Shown here: piece after piece, positions 27,362-35,924 of the stretch
Numbering within the stretch: position 1 is the first letter of the stretch
Layout of the letters: the number at the start of each line of letters is the position of its first letter
Origin: Ulvibacter algarum
Lineage (GTDB): Bacteria; Bacteroidota; Bacteroidia; Flavobacteriales; Flavobacteriaceae
Length of the DNA: 64,000 nucleotides
NCBI GenBank assembly: GCA_947488905.1
Contig: CANLBJ010000005.1
Location: 112,397 to 176,396, forward strand
Direction of reading: 5' to 3'
Program-made: the position numbers and the translations under genes
Notes under the pieces: generated by a model
The model's input: only the letters and a program-made list of their open reading frames with translations
Database searches by the model: none
What the model was told of the DNA's origin: nothing

Positions 27362-27404
27362 TTAAAATCTCTACCGTATTCATCAATCAATTAAACCAAT
27401 CACC

Positions 27405-27536
27405 ATGAAAAAGAATGCAAACATAAGAATAAGAAAGTGGATAGGAGCAAAGTCATCTCAAGCTACCCTAAGTACTATAGAGCATAAGTTAAAAAAAATG
27501 CACCCGTCGTGTACCGTTTGTAAATTTGCGATGTAA
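27405..27536 (+). CDS. candidate 43-aa basic peptide with HPSCTVC motif
   Basis: My own translation: MKKNANIRIRKWIGAKSSQATLSTIEHKLKKMHPSCTVCKFAM. It is preceded by the same TTCATCAATCAA leader as peptides B and C. Confidence 0.4.
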   Translation: MKKNANIRIRKWIGAKSSQATLSTIEHKLKKMHPSCTVCKFAM

Positions 27537-27598
27537 AGAAAATTTGCAATGTAAAAGTCAAATTTTGTAATAACAGAATTCGGCTTTTGTTTTTTAGG

Positions 27599-27606
27599 TA
27601 TCTTTG
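27599..27606 (+). promoter_or_regulatory. candidate -7 box TATCTTTG
   Basis: Exact match to TAnnTTTG, 18 nt upstream of the ATG at 27624. Confidence 0.45.
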
Positions 27607-27623
27607 GCGACTAAATCTATCTT

Positions 27624-28121
27624 ATGAAAAATCTATTTTTACTTTTTGTACTAGCAACAGCAGTTCTATCTTGCAAAAACGAAACTACAAAAACAGATGT
27701 TGTTCCAGAAAAGACTGGTGTGACTATGCAAGATTTATCTTGGGTGATAGGAGATTGGACAAACATAAACACACAAACGCAATCTTATGAGCACTGGGAG
27801 AAAGCTGCAGATGGTAGTTTTGTGGGTGAGAGTATGACTATGAGACAAACAGATACTGTTTTTGCAGAGCGTATGAAAATGTATGTAGAGAATGATGCCA
27901 TACAATTATACATTGAGACAGTAGGGGATAACCCAAATCCAGTAGTTTTTACGTTAAGGCAAGATGCTGAGCATCCTTTTACTTTTGAGAACCCAAGAAA
28001 TGAGTTTCCTTCACAAATAGTTTATACTAATCCAGAGGCAAATACTATACATGCGTGGGTTGCAGGTTTTATTGATGAGGTTCCGCAAAAAACAGATTTC
28101 TATTTTAAGAGAGCAGAATAA
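27624..28121 (+). CDS. lipoprotein, DUF6265-like
   Basis: ORF track. Lipobox AVLSCKN. The GDW...FENPRNEFPSQIVY pattern matches that family as I recall it. Confidence 0.6.
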   Translation: MKNLFLLFVLATAVLSCKNETTKTDVVPEKTGVTMQDLSWVIGDWTNINTQTQSYEHWEKAADGSFVGESMTMRQTDTVFAERMKMYVENDAIQLYIETVGDNPNPVVFTLRQDAEHPFTFENPRNEFPSQIVYTNPEANTIHAWVAGFIDEVPQKTDFYFKRAE

Positions 28122-28412
28122 TTACCTATTCTCAGGTAGCACATTTCTATTTTTATTTAATTTTTTCTGAAATGCCACTGGGTCAATCGGTTTATACACG
28201 ATGACGTTTGAGGCTGGGTTTTGCAGTAATTCTTCTTTAGGTCTTATGGGTCTTGGCAAAAAGTTGCCGCCACAATTGGGGCAGACATTGCTCAGTACAT
28301 TTTCTACACAGTCACTACAAAAAGTGCATTCATAACTACAAATCATTGCCTCAATAGATGTTGGCAAAAGGGCTTTATTGCAATTTTCGCAAGTAGGTCT
28401 CAGTTCTAGCAT
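28122..28412 (-). CDS. DUF1272 zinc-ribbon protein
   Basis: ORF track. MLELRPTCENCNK...CSYECTFCSDC...CPNCGG has four CxxC-type pairs typical of DUF1272. Confidence 0.7.
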   Translation of the reverse strand: MLELRPTCENCNKALLPTSIEAMICSYECTFCSDCVENVLSNVCPNCGGNFLPRPIRPKEELLQNPASNVIVYKPIDPVAFQKKLNKNRNVLPENR

Positions 28413-28545
28413 GTAAATGTTTTTGTGGTGTTTTAAAGTATTGTTTTTTAAACAGTTACTAATGTTTTAATGAGTAAGTGTAACAATAACAGTAGTTACT
28501 TGTCTGTTACATATAACAATCAATCATCAATCAAAAAAATCAATC

Positions 28546-30984
28546 ATGAAATTAACCACTTCACTAGTACTCCTGTTTTCCATTTGTCTTCAATTTACGA
28601 CAAATGCACAAGAAAAAAAATCACTTAATATAACGCGCACAGATAATGCACCTAAAATAGATGGTGTACTAGATGATGCTGTATGGCAGAGCGCAGAAGA
28701 GGCTGTGTCTTTTACAGAGTTTAGGCCAGACTTGGGCGAACTAGAGACAGAAGCAAATAAAACAATAGTAAAAATGACTTATGACGATACGGCGTTATAT
28801 GTATCGGCCTTTTTAAAAGATGACCCAAGCTTAATTATGAAGCAGCTTGCTTCTCGTGATAATTTTGGGAATGCAGACTTTTTTGGGTTTGTTGTTAACC
28901 CTAACAATGATGGTCAAAACGATACAGAGTTTTTTGTATTTGCTTCTGGTACACAAGCAGATGCTATTGCAAATTTATCTGTTGGTGAAGACTTTAGCTG
29001 GAATGCTGTATGGGATAGTGCCGTAAAAATTAACGAAGATGGATGGAGTCTAGAAATGAAAATACCTTACAGATGTTTACGTTTTGATACTACTAATATA
29101 GAAGATTGGGGTATCCAGTTTCATAGAAGGTTTAAAAGAGATGAATCACAATATGCTTGGAACCCCATAAACCCTAATCAAGGAAACATAGCGCAATACC
29201 ATGGTAACTTAAGTGGTATCACTAATCTTAAGCCACCTGTAAGATTAGCTTTTTATCCATTTGTCTCTGCTGTAAGTAATAGTTTTGATGGTGATAATGA
29301 AACCAACTTTAATGCTGGGATGGATTTGAAATACGGGATAACAGAAAACTTTACACTAGACGCTACTTTAATTCCAGATTTTAGTCAAGCAGGTTTTGAT
29401 GATGTTTCTATAAACCTAGGTCCTTTTGAGCAAACTTTTTCTGAACAACGTCAGTTTTTTACAGAAGGTGTAGATCTTTTTAGTAAAGCAAATTTATTCT
29501 TTTCTCGTAGAGTAGGAGGTAGACCTAGAGTGGATCCTGTTATTTCAGAAAATGAAGAAATAACAGATTACCCAGACAAAACCAAGGTTTTAAATGCCAT
29601 TAAAATTTCTGGAAGAACTAAAGATGGGCTTGGTTTAGGTGTTTTTAATTCTTTTACAGAACAAACAAGTGCGACCATAAAAGATATTCTAGACGGCACT
29701 GTAAGAGAAGAAGTGGTATCGCCTTTTACTAATTATAACATTCTGGTAGCAGACCAGCAGTTTAATGGTAACTCTTCTGTAGGTATTATTAATACTAATA
29801 CACTGCGAGAAGGTAGTTTTAGAGATGCAAATGTGACGGCCTTAACGGCAAACATTAATAATAAACGTAATACTTATAATGTAAGAGGAGAACTAAAGTC
29901 TAGTACACTATTTGAAGAAGATGGCAATACTACTGGGTTTAGTTCATTTTTCTTAATACAAAAGACACATGGTAAATTAAGGTATAGTTTTGATCATAGT
30001 TTTGCAGATAAGAAATATGACATTAATGACCTTGGGTTAATATTTATAAATAATTATAACAACTTTGGTGTAGATGCTGGTTATCGCATTTTAGAACCTA
30101 CAGAGCGATGGAATAATTATTATATAAATACCTATGTTAATTACACACGGTTAGCAAACCCAAGTACATTTACTGGTTTTGGTTTAGGCGGAAATTTTAA
30201 TGGAACCACAAAGAAGTTAAACAATATGGGGTTCAATCTTAATTTACAGCCAGGAGATCAACACGATTATTTTGAACCCAGACGTGCAGGTAGTTTTTTT
30301 ACTACAAAGAATGGTGTTAATACAAATGGTTGGTATAATACAAATGATAATAAAATGATTGCTTTAAGTGCAAACGTAGGAGCAGAGACCTATCTTGATA
30401 AAGATAGAGATTATGCAAATTACTGGTTTGGGTTTGGTCCTAGGGTGCGAGTGTCAGATAAATTTGTATTGTCTTATTATTTTGATAGAGAGTATTATAC
30501 AGGAGATAGAGGTTATGTAAGTCAAACTGATGATTTTGTTATTTTTGGAGACAGACAGCGCATAGAAAATGAACATTCTTTTAACGCTAACTATAATTTT
30601 AACCCAAACAATACATTAGCATTAACAGTGCGTAACTATTGGGCAACAGTAGATTATGATAGAGAATTTTTTATTCTTCAAGAAGACGGTAGTACAGAAA
30701 AGACAGGTTTTGACACAGAAGATTTAGAGTATAACCCAGACATTAATTTTAATACTTGGAATCTTGATTTAAGTTATTCTTGGCAGTTTGCACCCGGTAG
30801 TTTTTTAACAGCATTATATCGCAATGGCTTAGCTAGTAGAGATCAAGCAGCACAAGATTCTTACTTTAAAAGTGTAGGTAATCTATTTGATCAACCTATA
30901 AATCATGTGCTATCTATTAAGCTACAATATTTCTTAGATTATAACCAGATACCAGCTTTATTAAAAGGAAAGAAGGTTAGATAG
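28546..30984 (+). CDS. DUF5916 / carbohydrate-binding family 9-like outer-membrane protein
   Basis: ORF track. It has a signal peptide, an N-terminal DGVLDDAVWQSAE block (CBM9-like), and a long beta-rich C-terminal region. Confidence 0.65.
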   Translation: MKLTTSLVLLFSICLQFTTNAQEKKSLNITRTDNAPKIDGVLDDAVWQSAEEAVSFTEFRPDLGELETEANKTIVKMTYDDTALYVSAFLKDDPSLIMKQLASRDNFGNADFFGFVVNPNNDGQNDTEFFVFASGTQADAIANLSVGEDFSWNAVWDSAVKINEDGWSLEMKIPYRCLRFDTTNIEDWGIQFHRRFKRDESQYAWNPINPNQGNIAQYHGNLSGITNLKPPVRLAFYPFVSAVSNSFDGDNETNFNAGMDLKYGITENFTLDATLIPDFSQAGFDDVSINLGPFEQTFSEQRQFFTEGVDLFSKANLFFSRRVGGRPRVDPVISENEEITDYPDKTKVLNAIKISGRTKDGLGLGVFNSFTEQTSATIKDILDGTVREEVVSPFTNYNILVADQQFNGNSSVGIINTNTLREGSFRDANVTALTANINNKRNTYNVRGELKSSTLFEEDGNTTGFSSFFLIQKTHGKLRYSFDHSFADKKYDINDLGLIFINNYNNFGVDAGYRILEPTERWNNYYINTYVNYTRLANPSTFTGFGLGGNFNGTTKKLNNMGFNLNLQPGDQHDYFEPRRAGSFFTTKNGVNTNGWYNTNDNKMIALSANVGAETYLDKDRDYANYWFGFGPRVRVSDKFVLSYYFDREYYTGDRGYVSQTDDFVIFGDRQRIENEHSFNANYNFNPNNTLALTVRNYWATVDYDREFFILQEDGSTEKTGFDTEDLEYNPDINFNTWNLDLSYSWQFAPGSFLTALYRNGLASRDQAAQDSYFKSVGNLFDQPINHVLSIKLQYFLDYNQIPALLKGKKVR

Positions 30985-31019
30985 GTTTGTTATCAATTTC
31001 AAGCTCTAGGCAATACAAT

Positions 31020-32492
31020 TTAGTTAGTTAAACTAAGTTGTATTGCTTTTTCTATAGCAGGATCTTGATTTTTTTCTAGCCCTTTTTGTATCAGTTGCAA
31101 AAACTGTTGTTTGTCTCTTGGATAGTTCATTTCAATATCTGGAGCTATGCCTACTCCTTCATAGTTTTTTCCATCCATATCAAGGTAAACTTCATTAGAA
31201 AGACCAAATTCCCATCCATTAGGTAATGTTTTATCTAGTACATCAGAGAATACACCTTCTGTATTAGAACCTATTCTTGTTACTTGAGGAAAAGACAATG
31301 AGCTTAAGGTCATAATTTCTGTGGCACTAGCAGACTCACCACTAGTTAATAAAAATACAGGCTTTTTATAGTTGTTTATAATAGCTGGTTGGGAGACATA
31401 ATTTGTGGGAGTAAACCCATCTTCTAGTCTTCCTTTTTTACTAAAAACAATTCTTTCTTGTCCGTTAATTCTTTTAAGTACATTCATTCCAACCTCGTCT
31501 TTACCACCGCCATTAAAACGAACATCAATAATTATAGCATTTGTATTTGCAAATAAGGCCATAACTTTATCTAATTCACGATTAATACCTTTCACTTCTA
31601 AAGGTGTGTCGTCTTCATCTTCAGGTAATAAATTAAAATACTCATCAAAATACTCTTTTAATGGAAGCGTATCGCTAAGACCTACATCTACATAGCCCAT
31701 CATTAAATTCATCTGCATATAGCCTACATTATCCTTTAAAATACCATAATATAATAAACCACTTGTGTTTTTTTGGGCATTGGGTAAGTAAGTGTCTATA
31801 ACTGTTTTTGCAATATCAAAATTATTAAGCTTTTCTTGTGGAGTCTTGGTGTCACTTTTTTCTGAAATATTCTCACTCACACCTTTGCTAGTTGCAAAAG
31901 CCATTGCTTCTTTTTCTACATCATCTGGAGCACTAATACTTATGTGTCCATCATCAAAAGACTCTAGCATTTCATTAACAATAAAAAATAATTGTGCAGG
32001 AGTGGTTTTTGCATTTACTCTAGGTCTATAATCCTTATACATTTTATCTGGATCTATACCCCTTAGCTCAAAATAAGCGTAATGCTTTTTAAAGGTATCC
32101 CATAAAACTTCAAAATTATGTTCAGGGTCATTTACTTTAGCTTGGGCACTTTTATAGGCATTGGTCCCTTTTTTGCAAATATCTGGAGCATCATTAATTC
32201 TTTTAAATTGATAAAGATTTATACCTTGTTCTAGGTGTAACGTATCATTTTTTAAATAAATATTCTTGCTAAAATCTTCAATTTCACCTGATAATAAAGG
32301 AATACAAGAAAACCTAGTTAAGTCTGCAAGAATAAATGCTCCATTCTCAATCTTTAGTAATCTTCCATAGCCAACAGATTCATAAGTACCAGAAAACTCA
32401 GAGACATTGGTAGATTTCTGTATACCACAATTAATAGTAATGAGGGCGATAGCAATAGAAGTCGCAATAGATAATTGTTTTACTAATTTCAT
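31020..32492 (-). CDS. S41 family peptidase lipoprotein
   Basis: ORF track. Lipobox ITINCG. The IIDVRFNGGGKDEVG and TSGESASATEIM motifs are present. Confidence 0.75.
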   Translation of the reverse strand: MKLVKQLSIATSIAIALITINCGIQKSTNVSEFSGTYESVGYGRLLKIENGAFILADLTRFSCIPLLSGEIEDFSKNIYLKNDTLHLEQGINLYQFKRINDAPDICKKGTNAYKSAQAKVNDPEHNFEVLWDTFKKHYAYFELRGIDPDKMYKDYRPRVNAKTTPAQLFFIVNEMLESFDDGHISISAPDDVEKEAMAFATSKGVSENISEKSDTKTPQEKLNNFDIAKTVIDTYLPNAQKNTSGLLYYGILKDNVGYMQMNLMMGYVDVGLSDTLPLKEYFDEYFNLLPEDEDDTPLEVKGINRELDKVMALFANTNAIIIDVRFNGGGKDEVGMNVLKRINGQERIVFSKKGRLEDGFTPTNYVSQPAIINNYKKPVFLLTSGESASATEIMTLSSLSFPQVTRIGSNTEGVFSDVLDKTLPNGWEFGLSNEVYLDMDGKNYEGVGIAPDIEMNYPRDKQQFLQLIQKGLEKNQDPAIEKAIQLSLTN

Positions 32493-32574
32493 AATAGAAT
32501 AATTTCGTTCTATAAATATAGACGAAGAAATTAGTAAAATGGTTGCCTACAAGAATAATAAATAACTAGATTTA

Positions 32575-34230
32575 TTATACCTCACTATCTAGCATACTTG
32601 TTACCACGTGGTAACGAGGGTCATCAATAGCATCTTGAATAATACTTCCAAATTCTGGATTCCATTTGATAAGCATTTCTTTACAATCTGGACTAAGATG
32701 CGTAAGTGTCACCTTTTTACCTTGATCCATATACTTATTAGTTATGTTTCTTAAGGCTTCTACACCAGAATGATCACTCACCTTAGATTCAATAAAATCT
32801 ATTTCTATTTTATCTGGATCTGTAGCGATATCAAACTTGCTATTAAAAGCCGTTGTAGAACCAAAAAATAAGGGTCCCCAAATAGCATATACTTTGGTTC
32901 CATCTTCCTTAATACTTTTACGAGCTCTAATACGTGTAGCGCTATTCCAGGCAAATACTAGTGCACTAATAATCACACCTGCAATTACAGCAATAGCAAG
33001 ATCTTTCCATACCGTAATAAATGAAACGGCAATTAAAACTAAGGCATCACTCAAAGGAATTTTATTAAGTATTCTAAAACTACTCCAAGCAAAAGTCCCA
33101 ATTACAACCATAAACATTACCCCTACAAGTGCAGCAATAGGAATTTGCTCAATTAAAGGTGCAGCAAATAGAATAAAGCATAACAATGCGATAGCGGCTG
33201 TTGCTCCAGATAGACGTCCACGACCTCCAGAGTTAATGTTAATTATAGATTGTCCAATCATTGCGCAACCTCCCATTCCTCCAAAAAGACCATTAAGCAT
33301 ATTTGCTCCACCTTGCGCGATACACTCGCGATTACCACTACCACGAGTCTCTGTCATCTCATCAATAAGATTTAACGTCATTAAACTCTCTATAAGCCCA
33401 ATAGCAGCTAGTATACCTGCAAATGGTAATATAGTAGACCAGAAGTGTCCTTTAATAGTGTAAAACAGTGTAAATATTTGATCTTGAAAAGTAGGAAGTC
33501 CTCCTTGTAAACCAGATCCACCTCCATCTTGTATAAAAGACCCTACGGTAGACACGTCAACTTTACCAAAAATAACTATAGCAGCTACCACAACAATAGC
33601 GGCAAGTGCAGCTGGTATTTTTTTAGTTAGTTTAGGTAGACCGTACATGATTGCCATAGTAAGTGCTACTAATCCCATCATTTTCCAGAAATCTACACTA
33701 CTAAAAAAGGCATTAAACCAAGCTCCTGTATTTTCTGTAAACGAGATACCTTCTGTTGCTAATTCTGGAAATAAGCCAAGTTGTGATCTAAAAATCACAA
33801 TAGCAAGACCATTTACAAACCCCATCATAACAGGGTGTGGTATTAAACGTACAAATTTTCCTAGACGAAAAACTCCTGCGAGAATCTGTATAACACCTAC
33901 TAATAATAGCGTGATAAAGAGCCACTGCAAGCCTAAACTTTCTACAGGGATGTCAAGAGTCAAGCCTACTTCATTTCCTTTTTTCACTAAAGAAACCATT
34001 ACCACAGCCATTGCTCCGGTAGCTCCACTAATCATACCTGGACGTCCTCCAAAAAGTGCTGTGATTATTCCCATCATAAAAGCTCCATATAAACCAACTA
34101 AGGGGTCTATACCGGCCACAAACGCAAATGCAACAGCTTCTGGTACAAGGGCTAGCGCAACGGTTAATCCAGATAGGATGTCGTTTTTAGGGTTTTGAGT
34201 AAAATTTTTAATTGTCTTTTGTAGTAACAT
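32575..34230 (-). CDS. SulP family inorganic anion transporter with C-terminal STAS domain
   Basis: ORF track. It has many TM helices, the typical SulP N-terminus (DILSGLTVALALVPEAVAFA) and a STAS-like tail. Confidence 0.85.
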   Translation of the reverse strand: MLLQKTIKNFTQNPKNDILSGLTVALALVPEAVAFAFVAGIDPLVGLYGAFMMGIITALFGGRPGMISGATGAMAVVMVSLVKKGNEVGLTLDIPVESLGLQWLFITLLLVGVIQILAGVFRLGKFVRLIPHPVMMGFVNGLAIVIFRSQLGLFPELATEGISFTENTGAWFNAFFSSVDFWKMMGLVALTMAIMYGLPKLTKKIPAALAAIVVVAAIVIFGKVDVSTVGSFIQDGGGSGLQGGLPTFQDQIFTLFYTIKGHFWSTILPFAGILAAIGLIESLMTLNLIDEMTETRGSGNRECIAQGGANMLNGLFGGMGGCAMIGQSIININSGGRGRLSGATAAIALLCFILFAAPLIEQIPIAALVGVMFMVVIGTFAWSSFRILNKIPLSDALVLIAVSFITVWKDLAIAVIAGVIISALVFAWNSATRIRARKSIKEDGTKVYAIWGPLFFGSTTAFNSKFDIATDPDKIEIDFIESKVSDHSGVEALRNITNKYMDQGKKVTLTHLSPDCKEMLIKWNPEFGSIIQDAIDDPRYHVVTSMLDSEV

Positions 34231-34250
34231 GGGTCTGTTTTAAGAAGCCG

Positions 34251-34258
34251 CAAAGATA
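34251..34258 (-). promoter_or_regulatory. candidate -7 box TATCTTTG (minus sense) for the SulP gene
   Basis: The plus strand reads CAAAGATA, 21 nt upstream of the ATG at 34230. Confidence 0.45.
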
Positions 34259-34440
34259 CTGTTTTACATTACTTTACATAATAGCAAAAAGGATATTTTT
34301 ATGAGACAAATATGTAGGATTATTAAAAGGCAAAGACTAAATTTGATGCGTAGTTATATGACTACTGCCCCAAGGTGAAACATAAAGTAAATTCTTCTAA
34401 CCAAGAATCCCTAAAAAGAAACATTTTGAAAAAAACAGGA

Positions 34441-34470
34441 AGGTCGTTCTGAGAAGAACGACCTTTTTTA
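34441..34470. terminator. strong hairpin terminator (AGGTCGTTCT-GAGA-AGAACGACCT) with T-runs on both strands
   Basis: Perfect 10-bp stem. It probably terminates the minus-strand GT2-GT39 operon that ends at 34509. Confidence 0.7.
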
Positions 34471-34508
34471 TTTTTACTTCGGAAATATGCTAGATTTAAT
34501 TAGTACAG

Positions 34509-35924
34509 TTATTTAGGAACACTATAAAATAACTTCTTTTCGTTTTGGTCTATTAATTCAAATTTTGAAAGATCTAATCCTTCTAGATGTTTAACATCTC
34601 TTTTTTTGACGATAAAGCAAAATGGCCAGAAGGCATCTTCTTTCTTTTTTAGTTCTTCAAGCGATATATCTTGTACCACTCCATTAGAGTAGAACTGGCT
34701 TGAATAACTCTTATTTCCGTAGTGATAAAACTCATCAATTTTAATTTGCTCTGGATGATTCTCAATAAAATACTTGTCAGAGTTTGCGTACTGCTCTACA
34801 GCATTTGTAGCAACTGCGCCCACTAAAAACAAAACACAGACTCCAACTAGACTTAAACTAGCTATTACTAAACTCTTTTTAATTTTTATAGTAGGCCACC
34901 AGTGTACAATCAATAATGCCACAGGTACCATTACAGGCATTGTATAAGTGTGTATTAAACTTGAAGATACTGTAAAGAATAATGGTGTCCATAGTAGCCA
35001 CAGGAGTAAAAATAGAACCCATTCATCTTTAATGATAGTAAGTCTTGTTTTAAAAATTTTGTAAAATATAACCTCAATCCAGGGCAGGGCAAATAGTAAT
35101 AAAAACACCCAAATAATACCAAGTGGCTGTGTTTTAGGAAAACCATATTTATCACCTTTCCAACTAGAATCTGTAAAACGTAACCAATGTTCTCCTACTA
35201 AAAAATAATCTATAAAGCCAGGAGTTGTTTGTTCTGCTAAGTAATACCAAGGTACTGCAACAGCAGCGGTGACAAGTATCCCTAATAGCCAAGGTAATTT
35301 TGTAAATACTGTTTTGTACTTCTTTTTAATTACCATCCATAAGAATATAGGAGGTCCACATAATATTATTACAATGGGTCCTTTTGCTAAAAGACCTAAA
35401 CCTATCCCCACAAAAAAGAGGTATCCCCATAATTTTTTGCCATTATGAGTGGCTTCCCAAAAAGATAAAAATGTTAGTGTTACCGCAAGTGTGAGTGCTG
35501 TATCTGTAGATACAACTCCTGCGTGTAAAAATAGTTCTGGGGTTAATAATAAAATGAGACCTGGTAAATAAAAAGGAAGATTTGCTCGTTTGGCATATTT
35601 TCCAACTAACAAAACCATACCTGCAACAAGTAATAAATACGGAAATCTCACTGCAAATTCATTTACCCCAAAAATAGACATGCTTCCTGCAGAAAGCCAA
35701 GTAGATAATGGTGGTTTTGCCCAAAAGGGTACGCCATAATCTATTTGAGGTGTAATCCAGTTACCGGTTTCGGCCATTAGTCTTGCAATCTCAGCATACC
35801 TAGCTTCTGTCTTATCCATAAGAGGTACAACCGCATTAAAAATGCCGCGTACAACAAGTAGAATTACTACTGAAATTTTATAGAATTGAGGATTGTTTAA
35901 AAAATTAGATTTTGATTGATCCAT
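34509..35924 (-). CDS. glycosyltransferase family 39 (ArnT / PMT-like, lipid-carrier dependent)
   Basis: ORF track. The polytopic protein has the early loop MDKTEARYAEIARLMAETGNWITPQ typical of GT39. Confidence 0.75.
   Translation of the reverse strand: MDQSKSNFLNNPQFYKISVVILLVVRGIFNAVVPLMDKTEARYAEIARLMAETGNWITPQIDYGVPFWAKPPLSTWLSAGSMSIFGVNEFAVRFPYLLLVAGMVLLVGKYAKRANLPFYLPGLILLLTPELFLHAGVVSTDTALTLAVTLTFLSFWEATHNGKKLWGYLFFVGIGLGLLAKGPIVIILCGPPIFLWMVIKKKYKTVFTKLPWLLGILVTAAVAVPWYYLAEQTTPGFIDYFLVGEHWLRFTDSSWKGDKYGFPKTQPLGIIWVFLLLFALPWIEVIFYKIFKTRLTIIKDEWVLFLLLWLLWTPLFFTVSSSLIHTYTMPVMVPVALLIVHWWPTIKIKKSLVIASLSLVGVCVLFLVGAVATNAVEQYANSDKYFIENHPEQIKIDEFYHYGNKSYSSQFYSNGVVQDISLEELKKKEDAFWPFCFIVKKRDVKHLEGLDLSKFELIDQNEKKLFYSVPK

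Larger units (their letters stand above)
26970..27404 (+). repeat. tandem triplication of a unit of about 141 bp, each unit carrying one 28-codon ORF
   Basis: ATG-to-ATG spacing is 140 and 142 bp. The units share the ORF plus the flanks TAATTAATATT..AAGTTGTAATAACCACATTCATCAATCAAAAAA. Confidence 0.85.

Noticed and set aside
26970-27404. CRISPR array as an explanation for the tandem 141-bp units or the 60-bp repeats at 400 and 2598
   Set aside because: The 141-bp units are repeated as a whole, with no repeat-spacer alternation, and they carry conserved ORFs. The 60-bp repeats are 2.1 kb apart with genes between them. No cas genes are present.
27587-27790. 67-aa plus-strand ORF starting with TTG
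   Set aside because: It overlaps the -7 box and the lipoprotein gene 27624-28121 in another frame. The lipoprotein frame has a proper lipobox and an ATG start.
32837-34198. Two long plus-strand ORFs (32837-33463 and 33647-34198) from the track
   Set aside because: Both lie entirely antisense to the SulP transporter gene. Their translations are low-complexity Ile/Pro/Ala-rich mirror images with no recognisable motif, while the minus-strand product has clear SulP/STAS features.
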